Assembly: GCA_965217865.1 (NCBI GenBank) | Contig: CBDCJO010000002.1 | Location: 1,216,001-1,280,000 of the forward strand | Origin: Candidatus Latescibacterota bacterium | GTDB lineage: Bacteria > Latescibacterota > UBA2968 > SICM01 | DNA length: 64,000 bases | Direction: 5' to 3' | In this document: positions 9,130-19,227 of the stretch, piece by piece | How the letters are laid out: the number at the start of each line of letters is the position of its first letter | Position numbering within the stretch: the first letter of the stretch is position 1 | Notes under the pieces: generated by a model | What the model saw: the letters and a program-made list of their open reading frames with translations, nothing else | What the model was told of the DNA's origin: nothing | The model's database searches: none | Made by a program: the position numbers and the translations under genes

Positions 9130-12100
9130 GGCATCGCTCGTGGCCCCCGTCTCCAGGTAGACCGTTGCGTACAGACGGTCGAAGTAGAACGGCGGAAGCT
9201 CCTTGCCGATCCTCTGGATAAGGGGAAAGGTGAGGGAGGCCCTGCCGAAGAGAGCTTTGCCCCCCTGGAGCGAAAAGTAGGGATACCCACGGAGGCTGCC
9301 CCAACCCCCGAGATAGTAGCGGAGCGGGTAGTAGAAGAGCCCTTCAAAGGGCCCCCCGTCCGGCTGGAACCCTTTAACCGGCTGGTCCTTGTAACCGATG
9401 AAAGTCTGAAGGGCGAGGGTTGACCGGCCCCCCAGGCGGATAAACTCATTCCACGAAAAGGTAATCTCATTGATGCCCAACTTCAGATCATCGAACCGGA
9501 ACGGATCGGGGCTTGGATCCCCGGAGGTCGGGACCGGCAGCCCCGTCTGGGGGTCAATCGTGGCCTGAGCGAGGGAGTCCCCCACTGTGGCGTTGATCCT
9601 CCGATATCCCAGGGAGACATACCGGCCCGCGGGATTGATATAGGCGTCGACCGTCGGTGTGATATTAAGGTAGCGCCAGGAGATCCCCAGATTGCTGCTC
9701 TTGAAAAACGGACCGGAATCGCTGCTGTAGAGATTTCGATCGTCAAGGACCTCCGGACGGCCAAATCGTGGATCCAGGACCTTGATGGAATCCGTGATCT
9801 CCACGCCCCGCTGGAACACGCGTGAACTGTCGAATAGCGTGGACGTTGCCCGCATGGTCTCATAGAGTTTCCGATAGGTGTAATTCAAAGTGAGAGCCTG
9901 CTTGGAAGAGAGCGGGAGTTCCACGCCCGTCAGGAAAGTGTTGAACACGTCCTTGAACCGGTCGGTCTCATCGATCGTCAGGTGGAGGAACTCCAAGGCG
10001 TCCGGAATCAGGAACCGGCCTTCGTCCGTGTCGATTCGGAGCGTCCCCTGAAGCGTATCCCGCTGGATCGCCACGGTCCCGAGATCCAGGACGCTGTTGA
10101 TCGTCTCCCGGTTGAATATCGTGTAGAAGGTGGGAAAATAAGCCTTCCGCTCACCTGAAACCGGGGTCAGGCGCTTCTGATAGGCCAGGGTGATGTCGGA
10201 GTTGATATCCCCGCTCCGACGGAGGTTTTTCCCGATCGTGACCCCCCCGTAGATCTGGTCACTCCCGAGCAGATCCCCGGCAGCCACTTGAAGCCCCCCG
10301 CTGATCTGGTCCAGTCCGAACCGGTTTCCGATAAACGTAGGGCCAAGAACGATGCTGGAAGCGATCCCCTGCAGAGTCAGTCGGGTGCCGTAGCCCCCGA
10401 CCTTGTAGAGTTTGTCGATCGGCTCTCCCGTGTAGACCTCCCGGTAATCGCGGTCCAGCAGGCTGAGTCCGTGCACATCACGCGCCCCCGACCGTCCTAC
10501 CCGGTAGACGCTGTAATCCGCCGCGTGAAAGTTGCCGTATAGAATCTCATCCCCCGACGGTGACGTAGACGGGCAAAACGCCCCTCCCGGGACATTCGTG
10601 ATCTGTTTGACCTGCTTCGAGTCGAGATCGTATTCGTAGAGATTGAAGATCCCCGTACGGTCCGAGGCGAAGACCAGGCCGCTGCCATCCGGAAGCCAGC
10701 ACGGATCCCGCTCATCGGCGTCCGTCCGGATGATCGCCTCGAAACCGGCGTTGTCCGCATAAGCCAGGCTGTCCGGGAAGGTCTTGCTGCTGTCCGCCTT
10801 CGACTTGCGTGGCTTCTTGACCGGTTCCGCGTCCGCTCGGATCACCGCGATGTCACGATCCTTTCCCCGGAACACGCTGAAGGCGATTCGTTTCCCGTCC
10901 GGCGACCAGCGGGGTCCGTAGTATTGCGTGCCGTCGTTGTGGCGGGTGAGATCGCGGATCTTCGTGCCGTTCGCGTTCATCAGGCCCAGGTTGTGCGTCC
11001 CGTCTTTGTGACGGACGAAAGCGATCTGTTTGCCGTCAGGTGAGACAGCCGGGTCCTTCGCCCGGAGCGAGAGGGTCAGTCTCCGTTCCTCCTCCGTATC
11101 CAGGTCGTAGGAATAGATGTCATTAGTGCCCCCGGGCGCTCTGTTGAAAAAGATCTTCTTCCCATCCGGGGACCACGAGAATCGTGTTCCCACCCGCTTT
11201 GCGATCGTCCTGGCCTTCCCCGTGGCCAGATCCCGGACTCGAAGGTCCGTCAACTGGAAATCGCTCTTCAGGTTGCTGAGATAGGCCACACGTCCCCCGT
11301 CGGGCGAATACATCGGATAATAATCGAAATCCCCCTCGTCGATGACCTTGTCCCCCTCGGCCAGACCGATCCCCTCCAGGGAATCCGCCACCGCCTCGTA
11401 GTCCACCTGGAGGCGGGCCTTCCAATCCCGGTAGATCTCATCCGCGGACTTGCCCAGGACCTTGCTCAGGGCGGATTTGAAATTGACGATACCCGCGTTC
11501 TCCGCCAGGGCGCGGACCTTATCCGAACCGTAAACCTCGTCGATGTATCGGAGGAAGCTGTATCCCTGATTGTAAGCCATCTCGAAATGGTGTTGGCTCC
11601 GGGAGAAAACCCCCATCTCCGTGTAGGACAACAGGTCGTCCTCAAGGGTTGCCATCCGAAGGAGCATGTCCCGGTGCGTGTCCCACGACTCGGTCCCGGA
11701 GTTCTCGTCCTCGTACTGCGCGATCCCCTCGACAAACCAGGTGGGTAGGGCGATGTCCCTCAGGGGGATCGATGCGATATAATCGGGGTTCTTGTTCAGC
11801 TCGGCGACCTGGGTGATCGCAACGTTAAACGGAAATCCCCGCCGAGCGGCCTTCATCGTGACGATATGCGTAAACTCGTGCGTGAACACGCCCTTGATCC
11901 AATCGCGGGTCCCCCGACGCTCGGTTTCCAGATGAGCCGCCCACAACACGATCAGGTTGAGATTAAAACTGGCGTACCCGTTGCCGAAGTCCAGGTCGTC
12001 CCGGATTTCCACGTGAACCCGCCGGTAGCTCTTGAAGTAGCTAGGATATAGGGGCGCGATCGACTCGAAGACCTCCTCCGCCACCTCGGCCACGAGACGG

Positions 12101-12381
12101 GCGGTCCGTTTGGCATCCCCATAGTAGATGGTAAAGTGGTCCGTGCGGACCGATTTGAACCCCGGACGGCCAAGCCCGAGCAGGGAGGGGAAGAACCGGT
12201 CTTTCCGGAGCCGGGGGTCCAGGCCGGAGGAGATGTCGACGTCCCGACCCGGAAAGACGGGGCTTAATGTCTTTCCGGGATGACTAAATCTCCCCTGGGC
12301 TTCTGCTCCCGGCAGGTGGATCAGAATCGCGAGGCCTATCGCGAGCATGACCCAGAACGTCTTGTTAAGATGGAACGTCAC
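8917..12381 (-). CDS. Secreted/outer-membrane protein: HExxH metallopeptidase-like domain + PD40 (TolB-like) propeller + Omp85/BamA-like barrel
   Basis: Signal peptide; FTHEFTHIV and WFVEGIAQY; several SPDG repeats; YLGGWGSLRGYP resembling the Omp85 loop-6 VRGY motif; amphipathic C-terminal strand. Confidence 0.78.
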   Translation of the reverse strand: MTFHLNKTFWVMLAIGLAILIHLPGAEAQGRFSHPGKTLSPVFPGRDVDISSGLDPRLRKDRFFPSLLGLGRPGFKSVRTDHFTIYYGDAKRTARLVAEVAEEVFESIAPLYPSYFKSYRRVHVEIRDDLDFGNGYASFNLNLIVLWAAHLETERRGTRDWIKGVFTHEFTHIVTMKAARRGFPFNVAITQVAELNKNPDYIASIPLRDIALPTWFVEGIAQYEDENSGTESWDTHRDMLLRMATLEDDLLSYTEMGVFSRSQHHFEMAYNQGYSFLRYIDEVYGSDKVRALAENAGIVNFKSALSKVLGKSADEIYRDWKARLQVDYEAVADSLEGIGLAEGDKVIDEGDFDYYPMYSPDGGRVAYLSNLKSDFQLTDLRVRDLATGKARTIAKRVGTRFSWSPDGKKIFFNRAPGGTNDIYSYDLDTEEERRLTLSLRAKDPAVSPDGKQIAFVRHKDGTHNLGLMNANGTKIRDLTRHNDGTQYYGPRWSPDGKRIAFSVFRGKDRDIAVIRADAEPVKKPRKSKADSSKTFPDSLAYADNAGFEAIIRTDADERDPCWLPDGSGLVFASDRTGIFNLYEYDLDSKQVKQITNVPGGAFCPSTSPSGDEILYGNFHAADYSVYRVGRSGARDVHGLSLLDRDYREVYTGEPIDKLYKVGGYGTRLTLQGIASSIVLGPTFIGNRFGLDQISGGLQVAAGDLLGSDQIYGGVTIGKNLRRSGDINSDITLAYQKRLTPVSGERKAYFPTFYTIFNRETINSVLDLGTVAIQRDTLQGTLRIDTDEGRFLIPDALEFLHLTIDETDRFKDVFNTFLTGVELPLSSKQALTLNYTYRKLYETMRATSTLFDSSRVFQRGVEITDSIKVLDPRFGRPEVLDDRNLYSSDSGPFFKSSNLGISWRYLNITPTVDAYINPAGRYVSLGYRRINATVGDSLAQATIDPQTGLPVPTSGDPSPDPFRFDDLKLGINEITFSWNEFIRLGGRSTLALQTFIGYKDQPVKGFQPDGGPFEGLFYYPLRYYLGGWGSLRGYPYFSLQGGKALFGRASLTFPLIQRIGKELPPFYFDRLYATVYLETGATSDAQKLTDLNFNKKSFLSNFGIELRMQMFSFYRMPMIGFFQFAMPLTRDVRDRNFPDETDRVDRHRILFGFSI

Positions 12382-12486
12382 AGGTTCCCCCTTCTGATGT
12401 GGTCGGAAAAGGCCGGCATTAAACAGTATCCTTGAGATGACTTGTGAGAATAGGTTCCTGCTTTCCCTTATTTTTCGCCTCGCACA

Positions 12487-13464
12487 TCAATTGCCCGCCT
12501 GTCTCAGCAGGCACGAAACAAAATGTCCCACCGCAACCTCCTTCAACTCCGGGACATCGCGGGTACACGCCTCGACCCTTTCGGGACAACGGGGGTGGAA
12601 CGGACAGCCGCTCGGTACGGCCGCAGGGTTCGGTACGTCTCCCTCCAGAGTCGTTCGCCCGCGTCGCGCGGCCGGGTCCGGGACCGGAACGACCGAGAGG
12701 AGCGCCTGCGTGTAGGGATGCTGAGGGTTCGCGTAAAGGCGGTCTCGATCGCTGATTTCCACGATCTTACCCAGGTACATCACGGCAATCCGGTCGGAAA
12801 AATGGGCCACTACGTTCAGGTCGTGGGCGATGAAAAGATAGGTCAGACCGAACGACTTCTTCAGATCCTGAAGCAGATTGAGCACCTGGGCTTGAATCGA
12901 AACGTCAAGAGCGGAGACCGGTTCGTCCGCCACGATGAACTTGGGTTCCACGGCCAGCGCGCGGGCGATCCCGATCCGCTGTCGCTGTCCCCCGCTGAAT
13001 TCGTGAGGATATCGCCTGGCGTGGTCCGGGGAAAGCCCAACCGTCTCCAGGAGTTCGGCCACCCGGCTCCGGAGGGCCTTGCCCTTTGCCAGGTTGTGAA
13101 CCACCAATGCCTCTCCCAGCATTCCCCCGACGGTCATCCGGGGATTCAGGGAGCTGTAGGGATCCTGGAAGATGATCTGCATCTGCCGCCGCATGGCCCT
13201 CAGTTCCCGACGGTCCAGCGAAAGCACGTCGATCCCCTCGAAGAGGACCGCCCCTCCCGTCGCGTCGATCAGCCTCAGGATGGCCCTTCCCGTCGTCGTC
13301 TTTCCGCAGCCTGACTCCCCGACAAGACCGAGGGTTTCACCCCGACCGATCGAGAAGGAGACGCCGTCTACGGCCTTGACATATCCGGCCGACCGGGAGA
13401 AGAACCCCCTTGTAACAGGAAAATACTTCTTTAGGTCCTGGACTTTCAACAGCGCGTTTTCCAT
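12487..13464 (-). CDS. oppF: Oligopeptide ABC transporter ATP-binding subunit (OppF/DppF type)
   Basis: [48 protein letters not shown]. Start moved to MENALL (13464). Confidence 0.92.
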   Translation of the reverse strand: MENALLKVQDLKKYFPVTRGFFSRSAGYVKAVDGVSFSIGRGETLGLVGESGCGKTTTGRAILRLIDATGGAVLFEGIDVLSLDRRELRAMRRQMQIIFQDPYSSLNPRMTVGGMLGEALVVHNLAKGKALRSRVAELLETVGLSPDHARRYPHEFSGGQRQRIGIARALAVEPKFIVADEPVSALDVSIQAQVLNLLQDLKKSFGLTYLFIAHDLNVVAHFSDRIAVMYLGKIVEISDRDRLYANPQHPYTQALLSVVPVPDPAARRGRTTLEGDVPNPAAVPSGCPFHPRCPERVEACTRDVPELKEVAVGHFVSCLLRQAGN

Positions 13465-13492
13465 CCGGGGTGTTCCCTCCCGAAAACACGGG

Positions 13493-14488
13493 CTAATCGC
13501 CTTCAGACTGGGTTTCCGGGTATCCCTCCGCCTTCCAGCAGGCCACCCGCCGGCCACCCGCCAACTCCAGGAGGTCCGGTTCTCTCTCTCGACAGATCTC
13601 CTCGGCCTGCGGACACCTTGGGTGAAACCGGCAACCCGAAGGGAACAGGACGGCGTCGGGAACCGTACCCGGGATGGTATGCAGCCTGGAACGTTCCTGG
13701 GTCCACTTCGGGATCGAAGCGAGAAGACCCTGGGTGTACGGATGCAGGGGAGAGGCGAAGATCTCACCGACCTCTCCCTGTTCAACGATCTTTCCGGCAT
13801 ACATCACCGCCACCCGATCCGCAACTTCCGCGATGACCCCGAGATCGTGGGTGATCATCAATACCGCCATACCGAATTTGCGCTGAAGCTGACCCAGAAG
13901 TTCCAGGATCTGTGCCTGAATGGTCACGTCCAGAGCGGTGGTCGGTTCGTCGGCGATCAACAGGTCCGGGTTGCAGCTCAAGGCCATCGCGATCATCACC
14001 CGCTGGCGCATCCCCCCGGAGAGCTGGTGCGGGTACTCTTCCGAACGTTGGGGTGGGTCCGGGATGCCGACGCGACCGAGCATCTCTTCGGTCTTCTCCC
14101 TTGCCCCCTTTCTGCCCAACCCCTGGTGAAGCATCACCGCCTCATCGATCTGGTAACCGCACGTGAAGACCGGGTTCAGGCTGGTCATCGGTTCCTGGAA
14201 GATCATCGCGATGTCGTTTCCTCGAACCTGCTGCATCTCCTTTTCGTTTAACCGCAGGAGGTCTCGATCCTTGAATCGGATTTGCCCACCCCCGATCCGT
14301 CCCGGAGGATCGGGGATCAGCCGCATAATCGAGAGAGACGTCACGCTCTTTCCGCACCCGGACTCCCCCACCAGCCCCAGCGTCTCGCCGCTCCGGATGT
14401 GAAAACTCACCCCATCTACCGCCCGGGCGACGCCGTCTTCCGTGTAGAAATATGTTTTTAGGCCTTCAATCTCTAGAAGGGGTTCCAT
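13493..14488 (-). CDS. oppD: Oligopeptide ABC transporter ATP-binding subunit (OppD/DppD type)
   Basis: [47 protein letters not shown]. Start moved to MEPLLE (14488). Confidence 0.92.
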   Translation of the reverse strand: MEPLLEIEGLKTYFYTEDGVARAVDGVSFHIRSGETLGLVGESGCGKSVTSLSIMRLIPDPPGRIGGGQIRFKDRDLLRLNEKEMQQVRGNDIAMIFQEPMTSLNPVFTCGYQIDEAVMLHQGLGRKGAREKTEEMLGRVGIPDPPQRSEEYPHQLSGGMRQRVMIAMALSCNPDLLIADEPTTALDVTIQAQILELLGQLQRKFGMAVLMITHDLGVIAEVADRVAVMYAGKIVEQGEVGEIFASPLHPYTQGLLASIPKWTQERSRLHTIPGTVPDAVLFPSGCRFHPRCPQAEEICREREPDLLELAGGRRVACWKAEGYPETQSEGD

Positions 14489-14545
14489 CCCAACACCCCC
14501 GAGGATCGGGTATTGAACTCCCGACAACGCATTCCGTTCCCGTCA

Positions 14546-15280
14546 TCACCCCACCACCTGCAACCACTTTTCCAATAGAAAACTCACCCTTCCGATCAAA
14601 AGGGAGAGACGGGCCATGACCGTATAGCCGAATGAGGCACCAAAGGAGATCATCAGGAACCATATCCCGACTCTGGAGACCCCGCCGACAACGCCCTTGT
14701 GTTCCACAGAGAAGGAGAAGTAGACCAGGACGCTGACCACGCCCACCAGAACGAGAACCGTGTCCAATGTCCCCCAGGTCAGCCCAGCTGGGCCACTCCA
14801 GAGGGGCAGGAGGCTGGGTCCGATCTGCTGGAGGATAAACGAGGCGATTTTTCGCGGAATGGCCAGCCCGGCCCCGAGTCCCACGATAAAAGCGAAGGAA
14901 AGGCGGCTGAGCCAGACCCCTTTTCCAATGAATCGGGTCATCAGGAAGAGCCCCAGGACGGTAGGGACGAGGACGAGCCACTTCGATTTTCCATCCGGCG
15001 ACGATTCTACCAGAGGATTAATGACGTCCGCCAGGATGTTCTGGTACCAGACCTGAGCGAGTTCATAAGCCGCAACCACCCCCACATAGAGGTGCTCCGC
15101 AATCTTGAACAGGGGGTTGTCTTTGTAGAGGGAGCTGTATAATGCGAGCGTGATCCCGGCCGCCAGGATCGTTCCGAACCCTCCCCAGTCCGCGGCGAGT
15201 TTCCCCGAGTCCATCAGGTAGAGGTTTACAGCTCCGAAAACGGCGATAAAGACCAGAAAGATGATCGTGTCCCTGTTCAT
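14546..15280 (-). CDS. Hypothetical polytopic membrane protein
   Basis: About 7 TM segments; LYKDNPLFKIAEHLYVG and MISFGASFGYTVMARLSLLIGR blocks; 10 bp from the upstream gene. Confidence 0.85.
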   Translation of the reverse strand: MNRDTIIFLVFIAVFGAVNLYLMDSGKLAADWGGFGTILAAGITLALYSSLYKDNPLFKIAEHLYVGVVAAYELAQVWYQNILADVINPLVESSPDGKSKWLVLVPTVLGLFLMTRFIGKGVWLSRLSFAFIVGLGAGLAIPRKIASFILQQIGPSLLPLWSGPAGLTWGTLDTVLVLVGVVSVLVYFSFSVEHKGVVGGVSRVGIWFLMISFGASFGYTVMARLSLLIGRVSFLLEKWLQVVG

Positions 15281-15290
15281 GAAGCTTCCC

Positions 15291-16121
15291 TCACCGAGGC
15301 GATTTTGAAAACCTGCGATGGGTGAAATAGACGATGTTTCCCAGCAGGATGAAGGCGATGATGATCACGTGCGCCACAGATTGGGGCCGCATTCCGCTCA
15401 CCGCCAGATCTTTCCTGTCGATCAGGGTTTCGTATTCGGCGGCCCCGGCCAACCCGCCGATCATGCCGTTGAGCTGTTTGGACTGGAGAAACGGGAAGAA
15501 ATCCGGTGCCATCACCGCCGTGCATCCACAGCCCAGGAGGAACCGGTAGCGCTCCTGTCCGTAGGCGATCCACTCTTCGACCCCGGGGTAACCCGCCGCA
15601 AGATCGATGACGTAGTCCAGGTCTTTCAGAGATCGGATTCCTCGGGTCACTTCCATCTCATTTGTTGGGTGCCCCCGGAAATCCTCTGAAAAGGTTCCGT
15701 GAAAATCCTGGCCCATGTTGAGGATCAGAATCGGGCCTCCGGCCTTGAATCCGAGGAAAGCATAATCCCTGCCGTATTCCCGTTCAAATTCCTCTGCGGC
15801 GGTCTCGAAGGCATGCTCGGCCAGACCAACCCCCTCAGCAATGAGGGTGACGCCGATCACCCGGATTCCCCGACTGAAGCAGTGTCGGAGGATCGCCACG
15901 GCCATCGGTTGGAGCTCCGGCTGTGAGGTTGGGCCATAGTCGAATGAGATCAGGACGGTGGCCCCCTCCTTTCCCGCCAGGTTTTCGATCGTATCGTGGA
16001 CCGCCCGCACGTTGGGGGTGGCCCGGATCGGGAGCTCGAAGTCGATCAAAAGGGGAATCGAGACGCCCAGGAAGATAAAGAGGTAAACGATGCGGCGATC
16101 GATGTTCAGAAGCCTTTCCAT
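15291..16121 (-). CDS. Hypothetical membrane-anchored alpha/beta protein (TM - soluble domain - TM)
   Basis: N- and C-terminal TM helices; DYGPTSQPELQP and GGLAGAAEYE blocks; start overlaps the upstream stop at 16121. Confidence 0.85.
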   Translation of the reverse strand: MERLLNIDRRIVYLFIFLGVSIPLLIDFELPIRATPNVRAVHDTIENLAGKEGATVLISFDYGPTSQPELQPMAVAILRHCFSRGIRVIGVTLIAEGVGLAEHAFETAAEEFEREYGRDYAFLGFKAGGPILILNMGQDFHGTFSEDFRGHPTNEMEVTRGIRSLKDLDYVIDLAAGYPGVEEWIAYGQERYRFLLGCGCTAVMAPDFFPFLQSKQLNGMIGGLAGAAEYETLIDRKDLAVSGMRPQSVAHVIIIAFILLGNIVYFTHRRFSKSPR

Positions 16122-16771
16122 CAGGACTCTTCCCCCCCGAGGTATGCCCGTTCAATCCCAAAGATGATTCGGAGGGCGGTCGCGATGGCCCCGAGGCTGA
16201 CCCCGAGCAGGATGCCGCGTCGCGCGGCCATGTTGGGAATGTCCATCAGCCACTGTGAGATCGTCGGAAGGTAATCTGAGATATAAGCCCCTACCGGAAC
16301 CCGGCCGAGCATCACAACGACAGCGGCCACCAAGAGGATGACGGCCTCCGTGGACCGGGCACGAAAGGTCCGGTACGCGGCCGATGCGATGAAGAAGGCA
16401 AGCAACGAAAACATCGTCCCGCCCGCGGCCACCTGGATGTTGGTGTACATCCAGCCCAGCCCACCTCCCGTGGTCTGCGGCTCAAAAGGGCCCTCACCGT
16501 TGTTGTAGATCGCGAAGATGAAGGCCAGGCCGAATCCCGCGTAGGTGATCAGACTGAATCCCCATCCTGGGTTTTTCCGTCTGATCCGGGTCCAGTGGAG
16601 GTGCAACAGGCTGTGGATCCCGAGGAACATCGCGAAGGCCGCAATGATCCGGTACCAGGTGGCCGTCTCCTTCTCGATCACCTGGGCGACCGGGATATAG
16701 TAGGTAAATATCCCGATTATACCCGCCAAAAAGGCGATAATCAGGGGGAGTGTCCGCTGAAAAAAAGGCAT
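16121..16771 (-). CDS. Hypothetical polytopic membrane protein
   Basis: About 6 TM segments; TMFSLLAFFIASAAYRTFRARS and LRIIFGIERAYLG blocks. Confidence 0.85.
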   Translation of the reverse strand: MPFFQRTLPLIIAFLAGIIGIFTYYIPVAQVIEKETATWYRIIAAFAMFLGIHSLLHLHWTRIRRKNPGWGFSLITYAGFGLAFIFAIYNNGEGPFEPQTTGGGLGWMYTNIQVAAGGTMFSLLAFFIASAAYRTFRARSTEAVILLVAAVVVMLGRVPVGAYISDYLPTISQWLMDIPNMAARRGILLGVSLGAIATALRIIFGIERAYLGGEES

Positions 16772-16791
16772 AAATTATCCGAGCAAATTCC

Positions 16792-18003
16792 TCAGTAGGA
16801 TGTGAACAGGGGTGTGAGCCACGGATGTCCGACGGTGGCCATGAGGGTCCCAACCAGGATCACCAGGATGAGAAATCCCTTCCCGACGTCCTGACCCTTC
16901 AGGCTGCCCAGGAGTTTAGGGTCCCGCGAGAGATACGCGCTTGCCGCATAGAGCTCCTCGCCCATCAGCGTATAGTCGCACGTCGTCACCAGGAACGGGA
17001 GCTGCGTATAGGCGTCCGTTCCTGCGATCTGGATCGCCCCCGTGACAGAGCCTGGTTCGGCAAGGAGGAGGGACTCCGCATAGAAATAACCCATCATGAT
17101 ATGGGCGGCCGGTCGTTCCCGCATCATAATCCCCTGAAGTGCCGCCGCATAGCTGAACTGGTCCGCCGCGGCCATGAAGATGTTATCCTCGTTGTACGCA
17201 TCGGGCCGACCCACATCGATACACGCCTCTTTGACCACCTCCTGACTCACCAGCATAACGATAGGATACCGGTTGGACACCTTCAGCTGCGTATCGAATT
17301 CCGCGGTGCGGCGGGCCACCTGGCTCAGGATGTTCACCGCAGCGATGGTGGATGGGCTTTCCATATCGTGCAGGCCGTGGATGAAAAGCACGGGCTTCCC
17401 CATCTCCGTCGCGCGGCCGAGGGCCTCGTCAAGGGCCTCCAGACCTGCGATCCGCCGGACGTAAAGGTCCTTCCGTCTCGCCATCCCAATAAAGGCCAGG
17501 ATGAGGACAGAAATAAGGGAACCCAGGATGAAATTGTTCAACTTCGACCAGTTGAACCAGTTTCCATAGGCCTCCGCCCGGAAGACCGTCGGGATCTCTG
17601 TGGTCGTTTCGCCAACCTGGATCCCCATTCGGAGATAATAGGTCCTGTTGTCCGCAAGATCAACGGTCCTGCCGTCCGGAAGGGTATAACCTTTAAGCCG
17701 GACGAAGTGATAGTCTTTGTTCTCTTCGCTCAGCCCGAAGGTGCCGGGTTCGTCGGCCATGGTCCCCACTGCTGCTGCGTCGATCTCCAAGGCCGGGTAA
17801 AAAGGCCCGCCGGGAGACTCGCCGACTACGATCTTGTAAAGCCCCTCGACGGGGGTCTCGGGCCGCCGCCACGTGAAGGTGATGCTGCCCCCGGTGTCGT
17901 TCCGGGTGTCGAAAACAGCGGCCTCCAGCGGGAGGTATTCCTGTTCATCAGCAGAACCGGTGTAAGGCGTAAGAAACAAAAAACAAAAGGCTGTCAGATT
18001 CAT
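16792..18003 (-). CDS. DUF6754-like membrane protein with N-terminal FN3-like exported domain
   Basis: DTRNDTGGSITFTW beta domain, TM helix, then RRIAGLEALDEALGRATEMGKPV...QLPFLVTTCDYTLMGEELYAASAYLSR...GSLKGQD; family assignment from recall. Confidence 0.75.
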   Translation of the reverse strand: MNLTAFCFLFLTPYTGSADEQEYLPLEAAVFDTRNDTGGSITFTWRRPETPVEGLYKIVVGESPGGPFYPALEIDAAAVGTMADEPGTFGLSEENKDYHFVRLKGYTLPDGRTVDLADNRTYYLRMGIQVGETTTEIPTVFRAEAYGNWFNWSKLNNFILGSLISVLILAFIGMARRKDLYVRRIAGLEALDEALGRATEMGKPVLFIHGLHDMESPSTIAAVNILSQVARRTAEFDTQLKVSNRYPIVMLVSQEVVKEACIDVGRPDAYNEDNIFMAAADQFSYAAALQGIMMRERPAAHIMMGYFYAESLLLAEPGSVTGAIQIAGTDAYTQLPFLVTTCDYTLMGEELYAASAYLSRDPKLLGSLKGQDVGKGFLILVILVGTLMATVGHPWLTPLFTSY

Positions 18004-18047
18004 GGGCTCAGGTCCGATCGTCCCCGGGTCGCACCCGGGAATATTTA

Positions 18048-19175
18048 CTATTCGGCCATCAACTCCACATTCGCTCGCGGTACGATCGTTCGAGTACCGT
18101 CCTCCAGCTCAACTTCCAGGACCCGTACCATTGCTTCGGAGGAGACTTTCTGAAGATCCGTCGGAAGCGCGGTTACCCGGCCGATCCTACCGAAGTATGG
18201 GGACCGGATGATCCGAAGCAATGCCCCAAGGCCGAGCCCCTCCTCGAGGGATCCGGTCTCCGAGCCGTCACCCCCAACCCCGCTCGGATCGGGAACGATG
18301 ATCTCCGGACGCATGACACCCGCTCGAATCTGGGTGGCGCCCGATACGGAGGCGTCCATTCCCGAATGGTCTGCGAGGATCTCAAAGGTCCTTTCGGCCA
18401 TTCGGATCTCCCCGAACCCTTCGGTCACAATCACGGTCAGTCCGATCTCCTCCGGGCCGGTGATGGCCACCCCCAGATCATAACCCAGCAGCTCCCGCAG
18501 GTCCTGGTCCCGGATTCCGCCACCAATCACCCCAGCCGCGCCCAATTCCCGGGCCCGGCGGACCCCCTCGAGGGTGATCCGTCTCCCGGAGACGAGAATT
18601 TTATCCCGGCAGTCTGAATCGAGCCGCTCTGTCGAAAGATCCTGATCCGGGGCATCGGTCACCAAATGGATAGGACCCCAGCGTTCACCGCCCACCCCGA
18701 AGATGCCCTGAATGAAGGCCCCCTTTGTCTCGATCACGACCCCTTCGTCAGGGATGATCTCCACGGCCCACCCATCTACAAAAGCTTGAATCTCAACCCG
18801 ACGAGGGGATTCACGCAGCAGGACCTGCCCGGTCACTGAGGAGAGGCTTTCAACCGTTCCTGCAACGGGCGATTCGACAGTCGTTTTGAACCACTTGATG
18901 AAAGGTCGGGTCTCGGCTATCGTTTCCCCGACCTCCACCGTTTCACCCTCTTTCTTCAACATGTAGGCGGACAGTTCAGACGGGGTTACGCCGAGTCGGT
19001 TGACCAGATTCAACGTGGTCACATCTCCAGGCAGGTTCGTTCGTGCGACCACCTGATCCCTTCGGACCCGGTCTCCTCCTGAGACCAGCACCTCTCCTTT
19101 CAGGGGAAGCTGTCGCCGTTTTCTGACGGTGGCCCGTCGGGTTACGCGAAGACCTGGGGTGTAAGCGTGAGCCAT
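18048..19175 (-). CDS. Hypothetical soluble protein with biotinyl/lipoyl-like (barrel-sandwich hybrid) motifs and a C-terminal KOW/SH3-like domain
   Basis: Start MAHAYTPGL at 19175; VLVSGGDRVRRDQVVA and LKKEGETVEVGETIA...VESPVAGTV motifs; C-terminal LRIIRSPYFGRIGRV...VPRANVE. Confidence 0.8.
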   Translation of the reverse strand: MAHAYTPGLRVTRRATVRKRRQLPLKGEVLVSGGDRVRRDQVVARTNLPGDVTTLNLVNRLGVTPSELSAYMLKKEGETVEVGETIAETRPFIKWFKTTVESPVAGTVESLSSVTGQVLLRESPRRVEIQAFVDGWAVEIIPDEGVVIETKGAFIQGIFGVGGERWGPIHLVTDAPDQDLSTERLDSDCRDKILVSGRRITLEGVRRARELGAAGVIGGGIRDQDLRELLGYDLGVAITGPEEIGLTVIVTEGFGEIRMAERTFEILADHSGMDASVSGATQIRAGVMRPEIIVPDPSGVGGDGSETGSLEEGLGLGALLRIIRSPYFGRIGRVTALPTDLQKVSSEAMVRVLEVELEDGTRTIVPRANVELMAE

Positions 19176-19227
19176 CTTTGATTCGTTAGGGCACTGCCCC
19201 GATTTAATCTTCAATCCCAGTCGGGAT

